Virus record (IMG/VR): IMGVR_UViG_3300019458_000020
Coordinates: 124,001-188,000 of that record
Direction: 5' to 3' (one strand)
Length of the DNA stretch: 64,000 nt
Position numbers and translations under genes: made by a program. The notes beneath the pieces were generated by a model. It did not search any database, was not told where the DNA came from, and saw only the letters and a list, made by a program, of their open reading frames with translations. Shown one piece after another: positions 56,677-63,430 of the stretch (the first letter of the stretch is position 1; the number at the start of each line of letters is the position of its first letter).

Positions 56677-56710
56677 ATGAAAAATTGGCTGTTCATATAT
56701 GAACAATAAA

Positions 56711-56787
56711 TGGTTGGGTAGGGGAGAATCGAACTCCCGACCTCTACAATGTCAATGTAGCATTCTTCCGTGCTGAACTACCACCCA
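56711..56787 (-). tRNA. trnV: tRNA-Val(GAC)
   Basis: CTACA TTGACAT TGTAG; CCA. Confidence 0.9.
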
Positions 56788-56790
56788 ATA

Positions 56791-56849
56791 AATGACAACA
56801 TGACTCTATCACTCATACGACTAGCGGGAATGAACCCGTTCCGGTCATT
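56791..56849 (-). repeat. Repeated structured element, copy B
   Basis: AATGAC CGGAA CGGG TTCATT CCCG C TAGTCGTATGAG TGATA GAGTCAT GTT GTCATT. Confidence 0.7.
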
Positions 56850-56856
56850 TTTAAAC

Positions 56857-56932
56857 TGGCTCCCTCTGATGGAATCGAACCACCGCTTTCAGGTTCAAAG
56901 CCTGAGTTGCTGCCATTACAAACCAAGAGGGA
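56857..56932 (-). tRNA. trnQ: tRNA-Gln(TTG)
   Basis: TCAGG CTTTGAA CCTGA; CCA. Confidence 0.9.
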
Positions 56933-57100
56933 ATAAATTAATGTTCTGAGATTTCACAAACGTTCCATCCTACTTTGCTAGCAATTTTGGATGTCTTTTC
57001 AGTAAACCGTCGGCACCATCATCTCCGGAGCGAAACCCGGTGTTCTTTATTTAAACTATTCAGTCCTTGAGACTGACGATGTTCTCCTGGTTATTTAAAA

Positions 57101-57191
57101 TGGTCGGAGTGGTGGGATTCGAACCCACAAGGTCATAAAAGACGCCGAGTTCCAAGCTCGGGTGGCTACCAAGTTACCTCCCTACACTCTG
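57101..57191 (-). tRNA. trnP: tRNA-Pro(TGG) with long variable arm and enlarged D-loop
   Basis: CCGAG CTTGGAA CTCGG; GTC-TTTTAT-GAC extra arm; CCA. Confidence 0.75.
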
Positions 57192-57198
57192 AAAAATC

Positions 57199-57276
57199 TG
57201 GTCTCCCCGGTCGGATTTGAACCGACATTATTCTTGACCCCAAATCAAGTGCCATACCAAGTTAGGCGACGAAGAG
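57199..57276 (-). tRNA. trnP: tRNA-Pro(TGG)
   Basis: CTTGA TTTGGGG TCAAG; CCA. Confidence 0.8.
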
Positions 57277-57286
57277 AATTAAAAAT

Positions 57287-57447
57287 TGGCTCCAGCATCG
57301 GGACTCGAACCCAAACTAACAGCTATAAGGCCGTCGTGCTGCCTACTAGAAATGCGGAATCTCAACGGTTACTACATCATTTTTATTACGTATTCAAAAC
57401 GCCTTCATCCGTTTACTACACCCGACTAGCAATTACACTATACCGGA
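57287..57447 (-). tRNA. Interrupted tRNA (Asn/Gln-like body) with ~87-nt D-loop insertion and 6-nt anticodon loop
   Basis: TCCGGTA/TGCTGGA-G-CCA acceptor; GTGTAATT[insert]GGCAGCAC; ACGGC CTTATA GCTGT; TTGGG TTCGAGT CCCGA. Confidence 0.65.
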
Positions 57448-57456
57448 ATTTAAAAT

Positions 57457-57530
57457 TGGCTGGGACGGCTCGAATCGCACGAGCATCATGCGGGTAACAG
57501 CCGCAGGTCCTACTGTTGAACGACATCCCA
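57457..57530 (-). tRNA. trnN: tRNA-Asn(GTT), T-loop TGCGATT
   Basis: TGCGG CTGTTAC CCGCA; CCA. Confidence 0.85.
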
Positions 57531-57531
57531 A

Positions 57532-57963
57532 TTAAATTGTAATTAATCCTGCATGAACTTCTCCGTGACAATTCGAACACAGAAGAGAACATTTATTTAC
57601 TTCTTTCTTTAAGGATTCAAAAGATTTTGATTTTGAAGTAATTCCAAAACTTTTCTGTTTAGGATCACGATGATGGAAAATTAGACTGGCCATACATCGG
57701 CTGTAACCACATTTTTCACATTTACCTCCTTTATATGTTACTAATCTAATTTTTATTTTACGTCTCCACGTCACCACTTTTCCGCTTCTTCGTTGTCTTC
57801 TTTCTTCATCAGATAATCTAGCTCTACGAACATGAAGAACTTTAATTAATGTTCTTTTACACCAGCCAAACTTTTTGGTAATATCATCTAAAGTATTACC
57901 TTTATTGTAAAAAGATTGGAGAATTTTTATTTCGTTTTCAGTAGGTGGTACACTTCTTTTCAT
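57532..57963 (-). CDS. HNH endonuclease with N-terminal HTH (paralogue of 49785-50366)
   Basis: YKGGKCEKCGY...FHHRDP...KEVNKCSLLCSNCHGEVH. Confidence 0.88.
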   Translation of the reverse strand: MKRSVPPTENEIKILQSFYNKGNTLDDITKKFGWCKRTLIKVLHVRRARLSDEERRQRRSGKVVTWRRKIKIRLVTYKGGKCEKCGYSRCMASLIFHHRDPKQKSFGITSKSKSFESLKKEVNKCSLLCSNCHGEVHAGLITI

Positions 57964-58005
57964 TTATCTAATATACCACAAAAGTTGATTAAATCAACTA
58001 GAAAT

Positions 58006-58093
58006 TGGCTCCAGGAGATGGATTCGAACCACCGGCGGGCTATTCACCTACAGATTAACAGTCTGTCGTCTGCTACCACTCGACTACCCTGGA
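58006..58093 (-). tRNA. trnN: tRNA-Asn(GTT) with long variable region
   Basis: ACAGA CTGTTAA TCTGT; 16-nt extra region; TCC/GGA-G-CCA. Confidence 0.85.
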
Positions 58094-58106
58094 ATAAAAA
58101 ATTGAA

Positions 58107-58169
58107 TTGATGGAATAGGAATTGAACCTATATGTCGGGGCCCCAACGTTTACCAAAATCACCCATCAA
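58107..58169 (-). pseudogene. Anticodon-less tRNA-like element
   Basis: TTGATGG/CCATCAA stem; ATAGG TTCAATT CCTAT; anticodon arm collapsed to GTTGG-GGCC-CCGAC. Confidence 0.5.
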
Positions 58170-58248
58170 ATTTAATGGAGGTAGCGATCCTAATATGGGG
58201 ACTAATCAAACGGACTATATTCCATACTCACGCTGATTCCTCTAAAAT

Positions 58249-58337
58249 TGGTGGTGCCGGTGGGAGTCGAACCCACGGTGGATTATTAATCGTCGGATTA
58301 AAAGTCCGGTGCTTTCGGCCTCTAAGCAAACGACACC
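58249..58337 (-). tRNA. trnK: tRNA-Lys(TTT) with long variable arm
   Basis: CCGGA CTTTTAA TCCGA; GATT-AAT-AATC extra arm; CCA. Confidence 0.85.
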
Positions 58338-58351
58338 ATTAATTAAAAAAT

Positions 58352-58430
58352 TGGTGCGCCGAGTGGGAGTTGAACCCACACGAATATTCCGATTAAGAGT
58401 CGGATGCCCGTCCACTGTAGCTTTCGACGC
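58352..58430 (-). tRNA. trnK: tRNA-Lys(CTT)
   Basis: TCCGA CTCTTAA TCGGA; CCA. Confidence 0.88.
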
Positions 58431-58436
58431 GTAAAT

Positions 58437-58522
58437 TGGTGTTATTAGGAGAATTGAACTCGTATCAAGATCAACCTTCGTAGAAGGATGCCATACCGTC
58501 CGGCATTACGATACAAACAACA
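58437..58522 (-). ncRNA. tRNA-like element with CCA end and non-canonical internal arms
   Basis: TGTTGTT/AATAACA-CCA; ATGCC-GGACGGTAT-GGCAT; CCTT-CTACG-AAGG; GAG TTCAATT CTC. Confidence 0.5.
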
Positions 58523-58529
58523 TATAAAT

Positions 58530-58606
58530 TGGTACCCCAGGTAGGAATTGCACCCACTATTCTCTACGTTCGAAGCGTAGCATGATTCTATTATCACCAC
58601 TGAGGC
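58530..58606 (-). tRNA. trnR: tRNA-Arg(TCG), T-loop TGCAATT
   Basis: CTACG CTTCGAA CGTAG; CCA. Confidence 0.85.
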
Positions 58607-58619
58607 ATTATACTAAAAA

Positions 58620-58694
58620 TGGAGCCTGTTGTCGGAATCGAACCGACTCTTCAGCTTTACAAGGGCCGAGTGCTACCGTTATCACCAAACAGGC
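58620..58694 (-). tRNA. trnT: tRNA-Thr(TGT)
   Basis: CT-TGT-AA; GCC/GGC acceptor; CCA. Confidence 0.88.
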
Positions 58695-58703
58695 ATTAAA
58701 AAT

Positions 58704-58777
58704 TGGCAAGCGCCGTCAGAATCGAACTGACATCTTTCGTTTTGGAGACGAAGGTAATACCATTATACAAGACGCCT
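58704..58777 (-). tRNA. trnW: tRNA-Trp(CCA)
   Basis: TTCGT CTCCAAA ACGAA; G73; CCA. Confidence 0.92.
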
Positions 58778-59204
58778 AATAATAAAAAAATTTCCGAGAA
58801 GAAATTTCTAAATAATCTTCTCCTATCAACCCCTTCGCTTTTAATAACGAAGTTAATTCCAAAAGGTTCATGTTTACCATTTTTGCTACACGTTTCAAAC
58901 AACGTCTTCTAAGACGTTTTCGATAACGAAAATCTTCTTTTTTAGACTCTTCATTCTTTTCTTTGTCTAATTTTAGATGAATCTTTTTATGACATCCACG
59001 ACAAAGAACAATTAAATCTCTTAATGAGACATCATACAAATTTTTATATCTTTTATGATGAACATCTAAAACATGAATAGAATTACATCTTTGACAACAA
59101 GGATTGTATAGAAATTTTTTCTTCTTTAATTCTTTCCAATGGTCGCTTTTAAGATAATCATTTCTATAATACTCTCGTTTGTCGTTAATTTTCTTCATTG
59201 ACAA
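58776..59204 (-). CDS. HNH endonuclease
   Basis: YLKSDHWKE...CQRC...LDVHHKRY...LIVLCRGCHKKIH. Confidence 0.85.
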   Translation of the reverse strand: MSMKKINDKREYYRNDYLKSDHWKELKKKKFLYNPCCQRCNSIHVLDVHHKRYKNLYDVSLRDLIVLCRGCHKKIHLKLDKEKNEESKKEDFRYRKRLRRRCLKRVAKMVNMNLLELTSLLKAKGLIGEDYLEISSRKFFYY

Positions 59205-59402
59205 TAATATATAACAAAATTCTATTTTGTCAATGAATCAATTACGTTCCTATATCGTGGGAACTCTCACGCTTGACCTATCGTTGGTGATATCAGTTCC
59301 GCGCTCTCGACTGCCTGATACCGGCCCTACAGCTTTTACTGTTCCGCCTCTACGCCTCATTCCATGAGGATTTTTAACTAACTATCTAACAAATCTTTCC
59401 AA

Positions 59403-59436
59403 CAAAAAACCACCGAACTTTTCAGTTTCGGTGGTT
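59403..59436 (-). terminator. Intrinsic terminator of the putative attenuator
   Basis: AACCACCGAA ACTGAAAAG TTCGGTGGTT TTTTG. Confidence 0.8.
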
Positions 59437-59460
59437 GTCAAATCGTAATATTCTTTCTGG

Positions 59461-59601
59461 TTACGTTTGGCAACCTCCGATAGCATAATTTCTTGGTTGA
59501 CGATTATGCCATAGGCAGCCTTTCTCTGCCTTCGAATCAAACGGGAGGCAGCTTCCGGCTGTCAATACCGTCGATTTAATCTGTTCAAATGATAATTTCA
59601 T
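59461..59601 (-). CDS. Putative leader peptide (46 aa)
   Basis: MKLSFEQIKSTVLTAGSCLPFDSKAEKGCLWHNRQPRNYAIGGCQT*, starting ~10 nt after the promoter -10 box and ending 24 nt before the terminator. Confidence 0.55.
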   Translation of the reverse strand: MKLSFEQIKSTVLTAGSCLPFDSKAEKGCLWHNRQPRNYAIGGCQT

Positions 59602-59611
59602 GTTACCTATA

Positions 59612-59639
59612 AGTATATCTCAACTTTTCTTTTTGTCAA
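59612..59639 (-). promoter_or_regulatory. Sigma70-like promoter TTGACA-16-TATACT heading the dense tRNA array
   Basis: Direct read. Confidence 0.7.
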
Positions 59640-59847
59640 ATCTTTTTTAACTTTTTCAGTGATATCCGATTATACGGTCGTCACTATGAATCACATTACC
59701 ATTCTTCTTTTCGATTGGCAAATCTTTTTTGACATTGTTTGTATCATCCACCAAATCAACACGAAACGACTCCTTATTCAACCAACCTGCCAACGTACCA
59801 TCTTCGTAAAATAATGGAATTCTGTCATTCATTGTCTTATATCCATG

Positions 59848-60459
59848 TTATTTACCTTGTTTCTTGAAGAGATCATCTTTACTTCTCTTCTTCAATTCTT
59901 TAGAAACTTGATTTTTGAATTCTAAAAAGGTAACAGGCTCAAATTCATCGGTATCTAAATGAACGAATCCTAACATTTTACCTGTTTCATCATAAACTGC
60001 TGGCATTTTTGCCACCAAACCATCAAATTTTCGAAGAACTTTCTTACTACAATTGATATCTATCAACATATCTCTGACCGAACTATATCTTTTACCAGTC
60101 GATTTTGGTTCAACATAAGATTTCGTTTTTTCCGGAATAACTTTCAACGCTTCTTCAGCATATTGAACCACGAAATCCACATCGAATCCTTTTAGTGACT
60201 TTCTTGCACAATTAGAATTCAATAACCAAACACATCTTTGAAGTGCATCCCGCATACGGTCTTTAGGAGGTAAAGTTGGAACAACTCCTGTTTCAATAAA
60301 ATCATTCAATTGTAATTCTTGAAGATGTTTTCTCTTTTCAACTTCTTTTAACAATTTTTCTTTAGATGTTTTATCTAAATATTTTTTCAATTTACGTTTC
60401 ATCGATTTTACGTTCGGCTTTTTCATAATTAAACTCTCGTTTTGTAACTTCGTATCCAT
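59848..60459 (-). CDS. Hypothetical protein
   Basis: ORF track. Confidence 0.55.
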   Translation of the reverse strand: MDTKLQNESLIMKKPNVKSMKRKLKKYLDKTSKEKLLKEVEKRKHLQELQLNDFIETGVVPTLPPKDRMRDALQRCVWLLNSNCARKSLKGFDVDFVVQYAEEALKVIPEKTKSYVEPKSTGKRYSSVRDMLIDINCSKKVLRKFDGLVAKMPAVYDETGKMLGFVHLDTDEFEPVTFLEFKNQVSKELKKRSKDDLFKKQGK

Positions 60460-60475
60460 TACCTAAATAAATCAT

Positions 60476-60814
60476 TTATCCCATTCCAAAAGAAATCACA
60501 CCCAACATTGATTTTGGTTCAAGACAAGGAACCCACTTATTTAATTCATAATCTCGTTTGAACCACCATTCCGTTTGTTTTTCTTTATCTCTACAGCCAG
60601 GATATAATCCTTCGGTAAATCTTTCAATTACTAAATGACTATAATAGCCAAACTCATTTAAATCGCCCCAATCTTCCTCAACGCACTGTTTGGCTTTTTT
60701 CAAACTGAAAAAGAATCCGACACACCTATCTCTATATTCTCTGAAATCAACTTCGTCAAGTCTTGTTGCACGTTTTGTTATATTCAAAGTCGTAATAGTA
60801 TAAATTTCTTCCAT
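60476..60814 (-). CDS. Hypothetical protein
   Basis: ORF track; RCVGFF...A.......D..E..YY...IE...EG.Y pattern. Confidence 0.6.
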   Translation of the reverse strand: MEEIYTITTLNITKRATRLDEVDFREYRDRCVGFFFSLKKAKQCVEEDWGDLNEFGYYSHLVIERFTEGLYPGCRDKEKQTEWWFKRDYELNKWVPCLEPKSMLGVISFGMG

Positions 60815-60816
60815 AT

Positions 60817-61065
60817 TTAAAAGTGTTTTTTAATCAATTTAACAAGTTCATTTCGGAATTTTCGGGGATTTTTCAATGAAGCAATAGGATAGCAATCGTA
60901 TTTAACTTGTCCGGCAAAAAAATTATGTTCTACCCATTTTACATCTCTAAAATGGATGCCACAAGAATCGATGGAAATAACCACACGTTTTTTCCCTTTA
61001 ACACGTCTAAGAATTTCTTTATTGGACGATTTGGTTTTAATTGCCATACGATTAGAATATACCAT
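60817..61065 (-). CDS. Hypothetical protein
   Basis: ORF track. Confidence 0.5.
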   Translation of the reverse strand: MVYSNRMAIKTKSSNKEILRRVKGKKRVVISIDSCGIHFRDVKWVEHNFFAGQVKYDCYPIASLKNPRKFRNELVKLIKKHF

Positions 61066-61178
61066 TCATTACATTTCCTGGCAACCCATCATTCATCATA
61101 AATCTATCGTCTTGTAATCCATATCCGTGTGTGCCTATTATTTCATTACGACGTTCTTTTCGCCGACTTTTTTTGGAT

Positions 61179-61436
61179 TTATTCTTCATTGAGATTGTGT
61201 CTTTTTTCTTTTTCACTTTGTTTTATTATTTTAACAATCTCTTTGGAAGAAATCAGTTGACATTTATTGGTGATTTCTTCTATCCTTCTTTTAGGAATGT
61301 CGTAGTGATTTTTATGAAACCAACAACGGCAGATATCAAGCTCGTCGGCCATTTTATGTAGATTTTCTTTGGAATAAGGAAGACATATTAAATGTCGTTT
61401 CGTATCACAGAGAAATTTCATACATCCTCCAACCAA
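61179..61436 (-). CDS. DUF4031-like small protein
   Basis: HLI.....ENLHKMADELDI.R.WFH..HYDIP. Confidence 0.65.
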   Translation of the reverse strand: MVGGCMKFLCDTKRHLICLPYSKENLHKMADELDICRCWFHKNHYDIPKRRIEEITNKCQLISSKEIVKIIKQSEKEKRHNLNEE

Positions 61437-61627
61437 TCAACCGGCACGACATCATTCATTTGAACATCCACCAGTTTCGGACTCATGGTGGCTCGTTTTT
61501 CCATCCAAATGATTCCAACCCACGTTTTATTTTTATAAAATTGGGTAGTGGTTATTATTTGAGGGTCTTTATCAGGCCAAACACAACGATACGTTTGATT
61601 AATCTTTACAGATTTGGTTGGATTCAT
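61418..61627 (-). CDS. Hypothetical protein
   Basis: ORF track. Confidence 0.45.
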   Translation of the reverse strand: MNPTKSVKINQTYRCVWPDKDPQIITTTQFYKNKTWVGIIWMEKRATMSPKLVDVQMNDVVPVDWLEDV

Positions 61628-61737
61628 GGCATCAAGTTACATGTTCTCACCAAGATAGCTATCAGAAGTAATGAAGCAATCCAAATTATACTAGAAAGAA
61701 TACATTCTTTTAGGCTCATATTATAACTTATTAAAAA

Positions 61738-61812
61738 TGGTAGCTGTAGAGAGAATCGAACTCGTCATTTTGTCCTTATGAGAGACCTGTCTTACCATTG
61801 GACGATACAGCC
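61738..61812 (-). tRNA. trnM: tRNA-Met(CAT), elongator-like (Met or Ile2)
   Basis: CT-CAT-AA; GGCTGTA/TACAGCT; CCA. Confidence 0.88.
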
Positions 61813-61823
61813 ATTCATGTATA

Positions 61824-61852
61824 ATTATACTACATCATAAAGAAAATGTCAA
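61824..61852 (-). promoter_or_regulatory. Consensus sigma70 promoter TTGACA-17-TATAAT
   Basis: Direct read; immediately upstream of tRNA-Met. Confidence 0.85.
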
Positions 61853-61884
61853 AAGAAATTTTGAAAATTCTTTCTCTACAAACT

Positions 61885-62480
61885 CTTTATTCACTTATCC
61901 TCAATGACATAGGGAGTGTATCCCGATTTCTTAATACACTCTATTTTGATTCTATCTCTATTCTGAACTTGTTCTACGGAGTGATTGTGTTTTATTTTTT
62001 AAAATGCCATACACCGTTCCACAATACAGTAACTTTTATATCATCGACAATTATATATGCATCCCATCCATCAAACATTCTTTCATTTGTTTTTACGGAT
62101 TGAAATCGATTTAGACATAAATTTGCAAATTGTATTTCGTTTAGGCTTCTTTTTATATTCTTTTGTTTTTCTACAGAAATTCTTCCTCCTAAACTCACTC
62201 TATGAATCTTACACGATTTACTACAACACCGCCTTCTTTTTTTGGAATGAAATATTTTTGAACAATGATTACAAATTTTTTTCGAAGAACTTCTTTTAAA
62301 TATTCCATCCGCCCATTGTTTTCGTGTTCTATCCGAACAGTTCTTTCGGTTGGATGAAGACTTATTATCATTTACAGAACATTGAATTTTACAATAAAAT
62401 TTTTTCTATAATTTCTTTTTTAGATAATTGTATCTCTTTAATGAAGATAAAAAATTAGCTTTACAAAATGAACATTTTAA
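61885..62480 (-). pseudogene. Degenerate Zn-finger plus PD-(D/E)xK (DUF559-like) endonuclease
   Basis: Fragments KRSLNEIQFANLC..GWDA..II...LWNGVWHFK, then out-of-frame HSVEQVQNRDRIK..GYTPYVIED; upstream C..C...CCS.SC fragments in shifting frames. Confidence 0.55.
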
Positions 62481-62502
62481 AGTTACAAGTGTTATCACAC
62501 AT

Positions 62503-62748
62503 TTATACTCTATCAACTTCTGGAGTCTCGTCTTTGAATTCTACAATACTCTGACATTCTTGAATATATCTTCTTCTAATACGATTATTTGAACAATCAC
62601 AATGGTCTTCTGGACTCCAAAAATTATTCATATTACATCCATCGGCGTGAGGATTTTTATTCATAAATTCTCTAGCTAAACTTAATAGTTCTTCTGTAAC
62701 AATATATTTTTTCATAATTCTTCGAGATAAAATCCAGCCGAAGGCCAA
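62503..62748 (-). CDS. Hypothetical protein
   Basis: ORF track. Confidence 0.45.
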   Translation of the reverse strand: MAFGWILSRRIMKKYIVTEELLSLAREFMNKNPHADGCNMNNFWSPEDHCDCSNNRIRRRYIQECQSIVEFKDETPEVDRV

Positions 62749-62825
62749 GTTTTAAAATTAACTATAGCATTTTGACGGTCCGTTTCACTCATAATCATTG
62801 TAGGGAAAATGGATACACATATTCC

Positions 62826-63284
62826 TTACCTAATAGATACCATTTTGACCACTCCATTTTTCATTCTCATGAATACAGGCAAAGCCTTATATCCTTCCAA
62901 TACACTAGAATTTTTATCCACTCTTGCTAAAGAATTCACCAATTCTTTTAAATCATTTAGACGCATTTGTGATTCCATATATTTGTTCATTTTTTCGGAT
63001 ACGAGAAATATTTTCTCCATGTGAGTCAATTGTTTAATCTGATGTTCTCTTTTCATGGCTTCCGACTTTGTAGGAAATTCTTCTTGATACAATAATACAA
63101 CAGGCAACCTTCCTCGTGTATATTTTGCCCCTTTGCCAGCATTATGTTTCAAAACTCTGGCATCAACGTCATTTGTGTATCCGGTATATAATGTATTATC
63201 CGAACAAATGACTATATAAACGTAAAATTTCGTTCTTATCTGAATACGATTTTTACGATTTTGGTTGCGTCGTCGGTTGTCCAT
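62826..63284 (-). CDS. GIY-YIG nuclease, UPF0213/YhbQ-like
   Basis: [47 protein letters not shown]....SEAMKRE..IK. Confidence 0.88.
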   Translation of the reverse strand: MDNRRRNQNRKNRIQIRTKFYVYIVICSDNTLYTGYTNDVDARVLKHNAGKGAKYTRGRLPVVLLYQEEFPTKSEAMKREHQIKQLTHMEKIFLVSEKMNKYMESQMRLNDLKELVNSLARVDKNSSVLEGYKALPVFMRMKNGVVKMVSIR

Positions 63285-63430
63285 GTATTACTTTCTGGAA
63301 TGTAATTAGAAAACTTTAATAAATATGGTTCCATTGTTCGGCTTAATTCACACGTACCTTCATGGGGAGTAATAGAAACCATACCATCTATTATGGTCTT
63401 CATGTGATTTAATTTTTCTGTTTCATTCAT
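63236..63430 (-). CDS. Hypothetical protein
   Basis: ORF track. Confidence 0.4.
   Translation of the reverse strand: MNETEKLNHMKTIIDGMVSITPHEGTCELSRTMEPYLLKFSNYIPESNTWTTDDATKIVKIVFR

Noticed and set aside
56945-57090. Additional tRNA (Arg-like) candidate
   Set aside because: Only D-like and 6-nt-loop fragments; T-arm and acceptor do not pair. At best a heavily decayed pseudo-tRNA.
58212-58223. GGAATATAGTCC resembling the group I intron J8/7-P7 element
   Set aside because: No matching R element or P3-P7 core nearby, and the segment is only ~70 nt between tRNAs.
36109-58912. ORFs overlapping tRNA genes (36109-36303, 43581-43991, 52009-52227, 54731-54937, 57162-57497, 58696-58912)
   Set aside because: They coincide with cloverleafs and have no protein motifs.
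36137-61812. CRISPR array, or HDV-like (theta) ribozymes at tRNA 3' ends
   Set aside because: No regularly spaced identical repeats; the tRNAs end in encoded CCA followed by short AT-rich spacers without a nested double pseudoknot.
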